Positions 36,735 through 50,792 of a stretch of 63,809 nt of DNA are shown here, in pieces. The translations under genes were made by a program, and so were the position numbers. The notes beneath the pieces are model-generated. The model searched no databases. It saw nothing but the letters and a program-made list of their open reading frames with translations, and was not told the origin of the DNA. The DNA comes from Reclinomonas americana ATCC 50394 (lineage: Eukaryota), in NCBI GenBank assembly GCA_048213135.1, contig PS015503.1, positions 1 to 63,809 on the forward strand, written 5' to 3'. Position 1 is the first letter of the stretch; the number at the start of each line of letters is the position of its first letter.

Positions 36735-39700
36735 TCACACCATGGCTTCTGGCTGCTCGCCACTGTCTTTTGCGTGCTTCGCTCTCTTTTGCAGTGGTTC
36801 TCCCGTTTCGGCGTCGCTGGGAGCTGCAGAAGAGGCTGTGCTTTCCGTCTCGTCCATGGCTGACGACAGCGAGCGTTTGCGGGCGATTGTGTGTGGATCG
36901 CCCAGTGGCAGATGGTCGCCGCGAATGGTGTTGGGGGATCGGCGGGGTGGTGAGTTTGGCGCAGACGAGGCGGCGGCGGCGGCGGACTGTGTATGTGTGT
37001 GAGCGGCGAGAAGGGATGCGATGCGGCGATGCAGGATCGTTGCTGCTCACCGCGGCCTCAGATTCGTGGTGCTGCAAGTCGAGTGGTGGTGACTGCTGTG
37101 ACGACAGCACCAGTCCTCCAGCACCTGCATGGCTCTTGTCCTACATGGCAACATGAGTGGGGGAACATGCGATGCAGCAAGGGATGAGTCGATCGACGAC
37201 GCACCCGACTCTCGCGAGGGGAAACGAATCCCGATGCCTGTGTTGGCGCGCAGTGAGTGTCGAACAGCAGGGGACGCACGCATGCTGGGTGTGTGCACAC
37301 TCACCATGTCCAGTGACGAGTCGGTAAGTGAATTGGTCAGCGGCTGCGAGTGGACGGACGGGTGTGAGTGAGCGGATGGAGAATCGAATGCCCATGACGG
37401 AAACCAACCTGGGAGTCGGGAAGCGACATTGTCGGCTCTTCCATCACGTGATCCTTGTCAACATGGCGCGGGCGGATCAACTGCAGAAAGGTGGTCAGGG
37501 CATATCAGCACGGGACAGCGCATGCCACACGAGACGCAACTGGTTGCGACGAGTAGTCCTCGGTGCTATCCGACGTGCCCATCAGCGCCTTCAGGCCAGA
37601 CGGCAGGTCATCGAGCGACTGCGACAACTGGTCGACCATGCGCGATGCTGGTTCGGCCGGTTTGGCCCACTGCACACACACACATAAGCAGAGTTAGCGT
37701 CGGCTACACCACAACACGCCTGCAGCTCCACGACAGCAAAGCTAACCGTGTGCTCGGGTGTTGGGGCATTGGTATCGAAGCGCACCGTCTGCCACACAAG
37801 TGAGACCCGTGCCAACCACAACCATCTCTTTCCTTCAACAACACACCTTGTCCCGAATGCCGGCACCTGCAGCCGCAGTTGGTATCGCTGAAGACACACG
37901 CGAGTCTGCGGCAGCCGTCGGTGTGGTTGTTGTCGTCGTTGGTAATGAGTGGCGAATGGCCGATCGCTTCGCAGCGGCCAGCGCAGTACCACTCGACGCC
38001 GAGTTCTGCACGCACACACGCACGCACGCACAGATCAATCGGCTGTCAGTGCATTCCGCCAATAGAGGGGGGACGACAAACCGCGGTAGCCGGTGGTGTG
38101 TTCTTCGGTTTCTTCTTTCCCATGCCCGTGAGTTTGTCACGCGCAAACAGCCGGACGACGGGTGAGAAGGCAAACTCGACACCCGTGAAGCCGTCCATGA
38201 CCATCACCACCAGACAGAGATGCTCGGCGTAGCCGGTGATCTTGAACTGGAACGACACCCGGTTGGGCGACGGCGATGATGAGCTGGCAAAGCGGCGAGC
38301 CATGGTGCTGACATTGCGAATGGTGCCATTGCGTGCCCGCCACGCGAAACAGTGCCCGCCCGACGGCATCTCCTCCAGCAATTGCTGCACGCGGACAGAG
38401 TGAGTGGGTGGAGTGAACAGAACATGCAACACGGCCATTCTACCTCGGTAGAGTAGTCGTACAAGCGCACGGCGGCAATGTGGGAGCGCAGCTTGGCTTC
38501 CGGGACACCCTGAATGGCGACATCCAGCACATACAGGCGGGTGCGTGCTAGCAATCGCGGGCACTGATTGTAGACCAGGAGACTCTCGCGCTTCGGTCGC
38601 ATCTGCGCGTAAAGAGTGAAGCCCGAGTTGGTTCGCATGGCCGCCTCCACTGGTGACATCTGCACACATCACCAATCAGGTCTCCGAGAAGCAGAAGACG
38701 AAACACACGCACACGCAAACACGTGCACGCAACTGCAAACAGTGACGAGGACCAAAATGGCCGATAGTGGTGCAGACTGAAAAGGCATTTGGAGACCAGA
38801 TCCGCGCCGCGAATGTTGTCGACCTGCACGACGAGTCAGCGAGCCGTGTGACGCACGTGCGAGAAGGAAGGCTCACGCAACAGAATGCAGCAACTTGTCG
38901 AGTTCCTTTTCTACAGTGGAAGCACCCTGCGCCAGACCCTTGCGCAGCGACTGCAGCTTGGTGGCCAGTCGCACGAGAGAGACAGGCACCTGCGACGGGG
39001 GGGGGGGGGGGGGAGGGGACTACGTACGTNNNNNNNNNNNNNNNNNNNNNNNNNNNNNNNNNNNNNNNNNNNNNNNNNNNNNNNNNNNNNNNNNNNNNNN
39101 NNNNNNNNNNNNNNNNNNNNNNNNNNNNNNNNNNNNNNNNNNNNNNNNNNNNNNNNNNNNNNNNNNNNNNNNNNNNNNNNNNNNNNNNNNNNNNNNNNNN
39201 NNNNNNNNNNNNNNNNNNNNNNNNNNNNNNNNNNNNNNNNNNNNNNNNNNNNNNNNNNNNNNNGTGCCTTCGTCACGATTGGTCTGGCTTCGTTTGGCAG
39301 TCGACGCGCAGCCAGCAACTGCGTCCGTGCATCCGACATCTGGCGAAACGCATCAGGGGACTGCATTCACACACACACACACACCTCTGTCCATGCATAC
39401 CTCAGGTAGTGCAGCATTGCGTTGCAAGGCGTCGAGATCGGGAAGTGAGAGGAACCAGCTCTGGCCCTGATTCAGCAGCAAAACATGAGTGCAAGTGGAA
39501 GGAAGAAGAAGAAGGAAAGAGCTAATGCCACACCGCATTGGAGCTTCCGCTACTGCCGCCGCCACCACCGCCAGTCATGGTCTGCGTCCATGTGTTGTGT
39601 CAGACCGTGGTCGAGGTCGGAGAAACAAAAGAATACATCGAATAAACCTCGTCTCCAGGCGGCACCGGCGACACATCGTCATCGTCGTCCTCATCGTCTT

Positions 39701-40912
39701 CATCCTCCTCATCCTCGTACTCGTGGCCTCGGTCGTCGTCGCCATCAGCTGGCGGAACTGGTGTCTCATCACGCTCGCTGCCACTCGACGAACTCAGCAT
39801 CTCGGACGAAGTCGACAAGTGCTGCCATAGGAGCAGGTGAGTGATTGTAGCCAGACGCATTGCAGCGTGTCACGCACACACCGAATCGGGGTCAATTATT
39901 ATACGAGCAGCGATCGTCGTCGTCGTCGTTGTCGTCGTGGTCGATGTCGACCTCGACGAGGACCGCCCAGCTGACTGCCGACCTCGCGACGCAGGTGCCG
40001 CCAGTGGTGGTGGTGGCGGTGGCACGGGTGCAGCAGACGCCGACGGCTGTTGGAGCGAGGTGAGTCGATATGAGAGAGAGAGAGTGAAGACATGCAGCGG
40101 CGTCTGTGACAAACCCGTCGCCGAGACTTGGTCGGTGCTGGGTACAGCATGGGTGCAGACCGCGGCTTGAGTGGTGGCGGCTTGGCGATACCGGAAGTGG
40201 TGCTGTCGTATTTTTTTTTTTTGTGAGGACGGGCGGAAATCACAATGCATGACGATATGGCGCAACTTGCGACTCGCGTGATTGCTCCTTCTGCCACGCT
40301 GCACTGATTTGTTGGCGGCAGTGGTGCCGTGGCTGGCGGCAGACGGCGTCGTGGTGGCGAGGGAGGCGAGGAGAGCAGCAAACTTGTGCATCTCGGGATC
40401 GACAGCTGTGGCTGCATGCACATCACGACTGTTCAGCACTTGCAACTCGCGCAGCGACACAACAACAACAACCGCGCACAGACGCAACGACTGTCGCCCT
40501 CCATGGAGGAGCCATCGCTCTCCATACCATCGTCATCTTCCTCCGCCTCGTCATCGTCATCGACAGCCTCATGACGGTCACCGTAGTCGCTGTCGACATC
40601 CTCCACTTCTTCTGCGTGATCGTCCACACGCATCGATCGCCCTCTCGATCGATGCCCACTCCCCTGCTGCTGCTGATGCGGCACACGGCGAGCACCACTG
40701 TGGTGGTGATGGTGTTGATGCAGCGCAGTCATGGCTGTGTGTGTGTGTGTGGTGGGTGGGGAGAATGGGAGAGAAGGGAGCGCGGGAGAATGAGATGACA
40801 AGGAAATATGCACAAGGCATACACACACGCGCGCGCAACTTGCGGAGGAGGCGACAGTGGTGCTGGTGCGCAGCGACGATGGAGGCGATTGTGCCCAGGT
40901 TTCCATCTGCAT
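36735..40912 (-). CDS. Large, mostly disordered putative nuclear protein with a central beta-rich domain; may be two genes across the gap
   Basis: Acidic and His-rich exons; folded region VSFQFKIT...LCLVVMV...FAFSPVVRLFARDKL; basic NLS-like RKRS and QKRAKH near the stop at 36735. Confidence 0.45.
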
Positions 40913-41291
40913 CGTGTGTGTGAGTGTGTGTGAGTGCAAAAATTTCTTGTCAATCGCCTCGCACACACGCACACATGAGCGACCAAGAGGGACTCCCGAG
41001 ACAGAGCACAATGAAGGGGAGAGAGAGAGAGAGCGTGTGCGTGAGAGAGGGAGAGGGTGTGTGCGTTGAGGGGAAATGGCCGACTGAGAAACACACACAG
41101 AGGACAAGACACGCGCCCCACTCGCTCGCACACACAAGCACACACGTGGTTCCCTCGCGACACAGACCGTGCAAAGAGAAAGCGCGCGCACACTCTCCTC
41201 TGTTTCACACACAGGTTTGTGATCGAAAGCGGGTTGCTCGCGCGATGCGATCTGTCCATGTGGAACGTTGCTTTGTCGCGAGTGACGAGAA

Positions 41292-41457
41292 ATGTCGGGT
41301 CCTCCTCCGACACTGGCGGGCCCTCCCAAGTCATTATCGTCGCCACCCACTCGCAAAGCACCACAACCACCCATGGACTCGGGAGTTACATTACCAGCAC
41401 TTCCTGAGGTGCTCGAGGCACGGGAAAAGGGAGGAAAGGAGAGAAGAGCACTGATTG

Positions 41458-41544
<87 letters not shown>

Positions 41545-44103
41545 CGACGACGNNNNNNNNNNNNNNNNNNNNNNNNNNNNNNNNNNNNNNNNNNNNNNNN
41601 NNNNNNNNNNNNNNNNNNNNNNNNNNNNNNNNNNNNNNNNNNNNNNNNNNNNNNNNNNNNNNNNNNNNNNNNNNNNNNNNNNNNNNNNNNNNNNNNNNNN
41701 NNNNNNNNNNNNNNNNNNNNNNNNNNNNNNNNNNNNNNNNNNNNNNNNNNNNNNNNNNNNNNNNNNNNNNNNNNNNNNNNNNNNNNNNNNNNNNNNNNNN
41801 NNNNNNNNNNNNNNNNNNNNNNNNNNNNNNNNNNNNNNNNNNNNNNNNNNNNNNNNNNNNNNNNNNNNNNNNNNNNNNNNNNNNNNNNNNNNNNNNNNNN
41901 NNNNNNNNNNNNNNNNNNNNNNNNNNNNNNNNNNNNNNNNNNNNNNNNNNNNNNNNNNNNNNNNNNNNNNNNNNNNNNNNNNNNNNNNNNNNNNNNNNNN
42001 NNNNNNNNNNNNNNNNNNNNNNNNNNNNNNNNNNNNNNNNNNNTTGAAGAGCGATCGTGACGCGTTTGAGACTCAGGTGAGCGAGAGACACGCGATACGC
42101 CTCTTGTTTGCTCTCGTCGCTCACCACTGTGAGTAGACGGTGGAGATGGGGCAGATGGTGAAGCGGCTGGAGAGCGAGATTGATCGCATTCGTCGCGAGG
42201 GCGACATGGAGCTGGGCATTCTTGTTGCGCCTGTCTCTTCTTCGTTTGTTCACGTACGGGTGAGCTGGCGCTGATACTGCGTGCAGCGACAACACGCCGA
42301 CACGGAGCGCAACGTGCGTGCCACTGAGCTGACGGAGCTGGCGCAAGCGGCGCAGTCCGAGTATCGGTTACATGATCGCAAGGTGCGGAGCAGACAGAGG
42401 GAGGCTGGTGTGGTATGCGTTGTGCTCATGATGGCGTGTGCAGCAATCGCTGAGCATACGACGGGCACGTATTGTGGAGGAACTGAAGCACGTGGAGACA
42501 AAGACCGCGGTGATCAGCACGACGCCGGCTCCGAACGGGATGGTGTCGCTGACTGAGCCGCTGACATCGCGCGTGCAGCGACAGCAGGAGTGCCGCATTC
42601 GCAAGCAGGTGCTTGAGTCAGAGCTGGAGACGTTGCAGCTGGAGGAGTACTGGTTGGAGCAGGATGTTGCGTGTGGAGGAGAGAGATTGAGCTGGTGTGA
42701 GAGGTTGATGCACGGACAACTCATCTCGTGGAGTGACTGCAGACTCTGCGGTTACAACAGTTGCAGGTGAAACGCAAGGCCGACGCGGAGGACACTGTGC
42801 GAGCGATTCTCCTCAAGAAGGAAGCAAGGGTTGGCAAGACAGTGTCGTCTGTGAGTGGTGGTGCACTTGGATTGGTTCTCACGGAAAGTGCACGCAGGAA
42901 CGGGAAATCAATGAGCTGATTCACGGCAAGCAGTTGGAGTTGCAGAGTTTGCGGAGGCGACTGGCCATGCATCAGAAGGAGGGGGTGCGCGATCTACACA
43001 ACTCGCTTTGTGCCGCTGGGAAGCTCAGCTGACTCTCGCTCTCGCTGTTTGAGCAGTCGGAGAGACTGGCGAAGCGTGGAGCCGAGTTGGAGGCGGAGAT
43101 TCAGCAGGCCATTCGTGATGCTGGTGATCGCATGCGAGCCGACAGGGTATGTACCATCTGTAAGGCCAGCTGGTATGTGAGTGTGCGCTGGGACTCACGA
43201 AAGCCTGCAGGATCGGCAAGTTCGTGAGCAAGCGGAACGGGAGGCCGATTTTGAGAATGCATGGTATGCGCGACAGAGGTCACTTTCGAAACGCGTGCGC
43301 GAGGACGAGGATGTTAGAGTGGCTGCCGAGGTACGTACAGCCGTGCGACAGATATGTGTAATGCTTTGTTGTGACTCGTGGATGCTATTTCTTCTCAGGT
43401 TGAGGCCGTGGAGCATGAACGAGCAGAAAAGGAGCTGTGGCAGTGTGTGCAATGTGGCGAGTTCACCTATAATATGGATCCAACCATGTGCAGATACCAC
43501 GCTGGAGTTGCGCACCTTGACTTTCCATCTTCTTCTTGTGTCTCGTTATCTCACCATGCTCTCGTTGCAGGAGGTACATTTCTGTTGTGCGGTGTCATGC
43601 TGGTGATGCAGGTCCCTTACTAACACAGCCTTCTCCTCATTCCCTGCGGTGGTCGTCCGCGCCACACAGTATGTGAGTGACTGTCCTCTTGATCACCCCC
43701 AATCCTTCACGGTGCTGACATGCATTCTGCAGGCTCCACAGGTCCGATGACTGCTTCCATTGCTGCTCTCCTTCTCGTTACTCATCGTGTCCTCTGTTGT
43801 CTGCTGCATGCAAACAGACGGTTGGCGAGGGAAGAGTGCGTCACAACCACGCACCCTGTCGCTTGCATCGTTCTCATGTTCACTCACCCTTCCCTTCCTC
43901 CTCCTCCTCCCGTCACAGATTCAATTCGTTGTTGCGTACCACAGCACCATCATCACCACTCGTCCCACCGCACTGCTCACCCCACGTCACCCACATGCAC
44001 ACAGTGGACGTGCTGCAATCAGACCGGCCACTACGCCCCGACTTGTCGCGTCTCCCAACGACACCGACGATACGGCAATCGACCACAACTCACCATTCTC
44101 TAG
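41292..44103 (+). CDS. Coiled-coil protein with a C-terminal Cys/His zinc-binding module
   Basis: Heptad-rich exons, then CVQC...CRYHAG...WTCC...APTC...H assembled through micro-exons. Linkage across the gap is assumed. Confidence 0.6.
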
Positions 44104-44179
44104 AAGCTCTCCCTTTTATGGTCCCTCACGACGATCCTTGTTTCCCCACCACACTCAAGTACACTACGACTCCTCATCT

Positions 44180-44523
44180 TTACGTACTGGTGGTGGTGGT
44201 GGTGGTCGGAGGAGGAGATGATGATGCTTGTTTTCGCTCCGGAGACTCCTCCAGCGCCTTTTGCGCCATGGCGCGAATGCCAGACAGTGTGTTGGGTGGC
44301 CTCTCACCCTCCGCGGGGTACACCACGTACTCGCGCTGTGTGCATGTGTGCGTCGTGTGAGTGACTCAGAGAGAGAATGATGCATCAGAGATGCGAATGG
44401 CGCAACATTAAGAAGGACGCCTTCCAGCACCTCCGGGTGAGTGATCACCACAAACGAGGCCACTGGCAGTGTCAGGTAGGTGGCGAACTTGAAGACCTCG
44501 AGGAAACCGCGGCGACCAGTCAT
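44180..44523 (-). CDS. PET100: Cytochrome c oxidase assembly factor PET100
   Basis: GFLEVFKFATYLTLPV...N|REYVVYPAEGERPP. Confidence 0.82.
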
Positions 44524-44606
44524 TCTACACGCACGCACAGGCAAGGGACGGAGAGTGAATTCGAAGTCGCGATGTCCTGCTTCTCTACTCTCTCTTATCT
44601 CTTGTG

Positions 44607-45364
44607 ATGAGGTGCTTAGTGCTGCTGCTGCTGGCACTAGTGGCCTTGTCAAGTGTGGCGCACGCATTCCCCGCAGGGAGCACGCCACAATGCACAGAGC
44701 TGCAGACGTATCAGTTGCGCACACACACTCTCTCTCTCTCTTCACACTCCTCTCTCTTACACACGCGCGAGTGCAGGTTCACATGCGATACACCGTCGCC
44801 GTGCGAGCCCAACAACCTCAGCACACGTTGCGTCTGCACATGCGCACTCGTTCCCACACACACGCGCTCATTGCAATCAAGCAGAGACATGCACGGTGCG
44901 ACAGGGCGTCACGTGCACCGGAAGCACCACCTTTACACGCAGTCGAGCATGTGCCTATACGTTGCGTGTGCGCGCATGCTCACTTGCTTGTCTTCAAGCT
45001 CTCTCACCCCTCCAAACAGGAGTGGTGTTAAGTTTAGCACGGCGGTGGCGCTGTCGTCCATCTTTGGCGGTCTCGGCTTTGATCGCTGCTACATGGGATA
45101 CCCGTTCTTGGGCGTGGCCAAGTTTCTGACTGTTGGTGGAGCACTGGCGTGGGGCTGGCTCGATTTTGTGTTAATCTCCACGCAGGTGACTGTCAAAACT
45201 CTCGTTTGTTTTTGCGTGTTGTCAGTCGTTGATTGACACGCACACGCGTGTGGCAGGCGATTGGACCGGCGGATGGCACAGCGTGGGATGTGGGACCTGG
45301 AGGCCAGCGGTTCTACTCGCTAGGCGGTGATCCGACGCCACCAGATGGCATGGTGTGGAACTGA
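44607..45364 (+). CDS. TM2-domain protein (TM2D-like)
   Basis: Signal peptide, Cys-rich ectodomain, LSSIFGGLGFDRCYMG...GVAKFLTVGG...LDFVLI...GPADG. Confidence 0.88.
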
Positions 45365-45417
45365 ATTGCCGCGTGTATTACCACATAAAAGAAAACTATC
45401 ACCACAAGGGACCCCAC

Positions 45418-48400
45418 TCATCGCCCGGATCCTCCCGCCATTCCGCCGTCGCCACCTGGTGCGGCGATTGCGTTGCGCAGGAAGGGGTTTTGCACCTGGC
45501 GCACACGGGCACCGAACTGCAGCGTCGACAGTGATTCGCTGGTGTTCAGGCCGCTCGGGCAAACCGTCAGGATCATGACAGTCTTTGAGTTGCCGCCGAG
45601 TGTGTCCTGTCACGGAGTGGAGAGAGAGAGTGTGTGTGTGTGCGTGGTGAGCGACTGGAATGGATAGCATACGGAGAGAGTGACGAGGAGAGCGCACCTG
45701 CAACAGCAGCGTGAGCTTGGAGTTGCGGTAGGGAATGTGCGCTTCGCGATTGGAGAGAGCGGACACGACATCGCCAAGAGCCGACAGGCTCTTGTTGATG
45801 TGCATGGCCTCCTTCATGCGATCGCCGCTCGAGCCCGACTTGGAGATGCGCTCCGAGCCAGCCAGATCCACAAACACCAATTTGCTGCATGGCGTGTGGG
45901 CGGTGAGCGACAAGAAGAGAGCGAGACAGGGAGACGAGGAAGCACTTGCAAAAAACCTCTTGGTGACAAAGCCCTCGCGCTGATGGTGCACGTCCAGATA
46001 GAGCGTAAAGATGGTGTGCGACCGTGACGAGCGCACATTGACGCCCGTGCTGTGGACCTGTCGCAGGCGGTTGCCACGGTCCAACAGATCCAACACCTCG
46101 ATCGGTGTGTTGGCGTACTTGACGGTGGCATTGTGCACGTACGAACCGAAGCTGCGCAACAAAGGACGGTGAGCATGAGCAGGCCATCAACAACACCAAC
46201 AAGAGCACCACTTCAGCACGCAACATTCCGTTCGACTTGACCTCCAGTCGGTGACGTGCCGTGGCCGCCGGACCGGCACCACGCATGGTGGACGCATTGA
46301 CAACCGACTCGTCGGCCAGCAGGTCGTGGAACTGATCGAGGTACAGCTGCGAACGGGACGATCACAAAGTGTCAGATGCGCGCCGATGAATGCATGTAAA
46401 TACGACAACACATCACCAACCTCGACCATGGAGCAGCGCACAGAATAGCGCGTGTTCTCTGTCGAGTCGCCCTGCGTCAGCAGGTGGAACAGCTCCTCGA
46501 CAGCCCGCGACACCACGCCACGGTTCGACGGCTCGCCGTGAATCGTAAATGTCTTGCCACTGCCCGTCTGCCCGTACGCCATCACGCACACATTGTAGCC
46601 ATCAATGGCGCTTTGCATGAGGGGCGCCACTTCGGTGAACACATCCTCCTGTGTGTGACGTGGCGAGAACACGCTGCGGGAATGGAAGTGAGAAGGAGGG
46701 CAACGAGAGAGACGATGATGAATGGGAAAGTGAGCAAACGAACCGGAAAAAGTCGAATGGTCGTGCGCCCGTGGACGTGGTGCGCACCACCACAGTCATG
46801 TCGTCCATGAGCTCAACAGCGCCCTCGTCGTAGTCGCGCGACGGATGTGCCTCCTCTGTGTACATCATGCATAGCAAGAGTGAGAAGAGAGAGGGCAACG
46901 GCACGAGAAACTGTTGTACCAGACACCCACCGTGCGGCAGCGTTGGTCGCATGCGGACCACCACACGAATCGTGCCCTTGAGATCCTCCAGCGTGTTGTG
47001 CAGCGACTTGCGCAGACGAGTCTCCTCGCGTAGCCTGGTCACCAGCATCGTATTCTGTCGCTCCAGCTTCTCCGCACGGTCCTTCTCAATGGCGCGCTCC
47101 GTGGCGGCATTGACAACCACCGTGGCCAGCTCCACATCGCCATTCGCAATGGCCACTAGCGATTGCCGCAAGTCGTCCACGGCAGCTCGAGCACTTTGCG
47201 CCATCTGCATGCCACGAGACAGTGAGGGGGCGAGAAAACACAGAAAAACAGAGAATGCGTCAAGACGAACCTGCTCATGCTGATCGGCCGATAATCTGGC
47301 CTGATGCAGGTCGCGCTCCATGCTCGCAATGTCGGCCTTTAGTGTGTCACACGCACTGCGATACCTCGCAATGTTCGACTCCAGTTCGTTAATGGTTTCT
47401 GTGTGTGAGAGCGTGACGCAAGGTGGCGATTAGTCGCGCAAAAAGACACACAATCAACAAGGATCATCGCTGACCTTCGTGTCGCTTGTGGAACACATTC
47501 TTCTGGTCGGCAAGCTCCTGCATCAGCGACAGCTTCTCGTCGTTCCACTTGTCCTTGTCTTGCTTCCAGATCTGCGGCGCGATGTTAGGAAGTGGGCTCA
47601 TCGCATAGATTGAGTGACCATAGAGTACCATGGTCAAGATCTCAGTCTCCTCGCCCCAGTTGCGCAGAATGTGCTCCTTGTCGACCTCCCAGTCACGCTT
47701 GCCACTCTGTAGCGCCTGCATCACCTTTTCGCGCTCACGAGCCACGAAATCCTATGCCACCACGCGTGGTGAGGTGAGCGTCGACAACAACTGAACCATG
47801 CCCCAAAAGGGATGGATGATGGTACCTTTTCAGTGGTGACATTGCGGGTGGACTCGGCATACTTGCGCTTCTCTTCCTCCCACAACTGTCGCTCCTCGTG
47901 GATCTTGGCCAGCAGGTGCTGCCGTTCTTGCTCCCACGTGACGACGGCACTCTCCTTGGCCTCGCCGAGCTTTCGCGCTTCGGCCTCCTTGCGGCGCAGC
48001 ACCTCGCCACGCTCCATTTTCCAGTTGGTGCGCTCGCGCTCCACCTGCGGGCGAGAAAAATCAACACAGCTGTGTGCGACGGATGCCAGACCGACGTGCA
48101 GGCTATCGAACCTGCGCCACGAGCGAATCACGCTGCTGAATGAGCGCGGCGCAGCGCTTTCTCCACTCCTCACGCTCCCGCTCAAACTCGGTGACAATAG
48201 TGCCGCTGGAGCGATCGAGCTCCTGCCGCAGCCGCTGATTCTCCTCAAACAGCTCACGCTTCTGCACCTCGGCCTGACGCAGGATCTCGTGCTTCTCCTG
48301 CTCCAGTGCAAAGGCATCGTCGGACGGAATCTCAATGCCGGCAATCACCACCGGAGAGCCAGCTGGTCTGAGCATGGCTGTCGCCGGCGACACGGCTCTG

Positions 48401-50004
48401 AATGGTGAAATGTACTTGGAGCCATTGGCGCTGCCGTTGGTGGAGGACAGATCGGCGGCGGCGGCGGCGGAGGCGGAGGCATTCACCGACAGTCCCGTGG
48501 GCGGCACCGTGGTCATCTCGCCCGTCACCGCCGACCACTGCTGCGAGCGTTGCAGCTGCGAGAACTGATTGCGCAGCTCCTGCTGCTGTCGCTGCAAGAG
48601 CAGCTGCTCCGCCAGGAACTGCTGCTCACGTGACATGCCGCTCTCGGCGGGAGCGTTGGCGGGTGACGACAGTGGCGGCGCCTTGGGCGCGGGCCGAGAG
48701 GGTCGCCCACCGGGACGACTGACGGGCGACGACAGCGACGACTGTCGTTCGCGCTCAGCCTGCTGCGTGGTGAGCAACAGAGCTGCAAGGAGGGCCGAGA
48801 GCACACACACACACACCTGTCGAGCAACTTCGTTCTGATGCTGCTGCAACTGCTGGCGAATGAGATCATTCTGCTGCGTCTGCACCTCCTCCATCTTGTG
48901 GAATTGCTGTTCGAGCGACAGCGACGGCGCTTGGCGACTCGGAGGCGGCGATGGACCGCGGCTTGGCAGGTTTGGCACCGGACGCGGCGCAACGTATGTC
49001 GTGGCTGCGCGATATGCGTCAGCCGGCAAGAGAAAACGAACCCACATGATGAGTGCGAATAACGCAACGAGACATGGCGTAGCGCGCAAGCATCTCGGCG
49101 GCCGACAAGCCACCGGCGGGTGAGGAGCGCTGCGGCGAGTCGGGACGCGTCGATGACATGGCTCCCACCGGTGTGCCGACGGGCTTGATGGACAGCGCCG
49201 ACGGCGGCTGTCCGTACAGAATCGAGGCCGGTGTGGCTTGCGATGCGGGCTCGTCGGACAGATACCGGGCCGGCTGCGGTGGCGCGCCCGACACCACCGG
49301 TGGATGCGAGGTGGCATTGATCACCGAGTTGGGTCGGCTTTCCAGAGGCGAGATGAGAGTGAGGAGGAGATGGAGATGGAGAGAGGGAGAGAGGAGGAGT
49401 ACCTGTCGGTGGTGACACCGGCCACTGGCGTTGAAATGAGCGCAGAGGGATCGGTCTGCGGCGGCGGTGAAGCACCGGGCTCACGCGGTCCGCGCATCAG
49501 CGTCAGCTGCGTGCTGTCATTCAACTCAAAGTCCTTGCCGGTCCAGTGATCGTGCAACTCACGCCCGTTGATCAGCAGCGTCTGGGTGATCGAGTGAGCA
49601 AGAGAGAAGGGAGAGATAAGGATGTGTGTGTATGTGTATGTGGTGAAGAAACCTGTTCCTCTGCTGGCACACCGGTGACCTTTTGCAGGTTCTTCTTGAT
49701 CTTATCGACGCGGAGTCGTTGCAGATCGCTGCGCGTGTTCACCAACGTGAGACACATTTTGTCGTTCCACCGCGCACACACACACAGAGATAGAGAGAAG
49801 AAGAGAGGGAGAGGGGAGGAGAGAGCGCGCACACACAATAAGAGTGGCGACGCAACGCTTTCTTCAGCACCACTCGATATCGCTTGTTATCGCTGGTCGA
49901 GAAGACGCTGAACGAGATTTTCTCCTGTGTGCGCGTGAGTGAGTGACTGTGCAAATGCGAGCGAGGGAGAGAGAGAATGAGAGAAAAGGCACCTCCTCGG
50001 CCAT
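45418..50004 (-). CDS. Kinesin-14 (C-terminal motor) with an N-terminal ubiquitin-like domain, Pro-rich linker and coiled coil
   Basis: Neck RKSLHNTLEDLKGTIRVVVRMRP, AYGQTGSGKT, SSRSH, VDLAGSER, HIPYRNSKLT. Confidence 0.9.
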
Positions 50005-50259
50005 TGCGTTCCGCGTGCGTGTTTTTAGGTGGCCCGGTACGCCGCGAGCACTGTCCTCTTCCCGGTGCCATTTCCAATGCGCGCCACTTTCCGATCGCCT
50101 TTCATTGGCATCACAATCCCCCTCCCGCACAAGCACACACAAGCACATTCCCCCATTCCTTCGCCCGGGCTGCAATGCAAAAAAAGAAGAAGAAAAAAAC
50201 ACGAAAGGCAACACAAAAAAGAGGCCAGCACATTCTTCGCCCGTTCTCCCCGTTCCTCC

Positions 50260-50523
50260 TCAGTAGTCGTAAAAGCCGCCGACTTGCGCGACAAACACAT
50301 CAATCACATCGCCATCCTCCAGACCGGCCTCCTGTGCCGTTTGCGCATCCTCCAGGCGCCTGGTGAGCACGACGAGAGAGAGAGTGAGAGACAAGCTGCT
50401 TCGTTTGTTTTCGTTTTGCTTACTCCGCGCAACTCTCCGTCAAAGGCAAAGCGCAGACGTGAGATGTCAATGTCTTGCCTCTTGGCGTAGGCGTTGAAGA
50501 GCTTCTTCAGTGGTGTCGATTTC
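50260..50523 (-). CDS. SUMO: SUMO-family ubiquitin-like protein (3' exons; 5' part in or beyond a gap)
   Basis: KSTPLKKLFNAYAKRQ...LRFAFDGE|RL..AQT...GLEDGDVIDVFVAQVGG-FYDY*. Confidence 0.85.
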
Positions 50524-50636
50524 TGCGTAAAGGAGGGAGGAGGGAGGGAGGAAGAGGGAGGGAGAGGGACACACACACACACACACACGCGTGTGCAGGT
50601 ACAGACACAGGCACACACCCAGAGTGTGTGTGTGTG

Positions 50637-50792
<156 letters not shown>

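Noticed and set aside
43571-43672. Apparent in-frame TGA suggesting selenocysteine or stop-codon reassignment
   Set aside because: It is removed by a 45-nt GT-AG intron with a TACTAAC branch point. TGA, TAA and TAG all serve as normal stops in this window.
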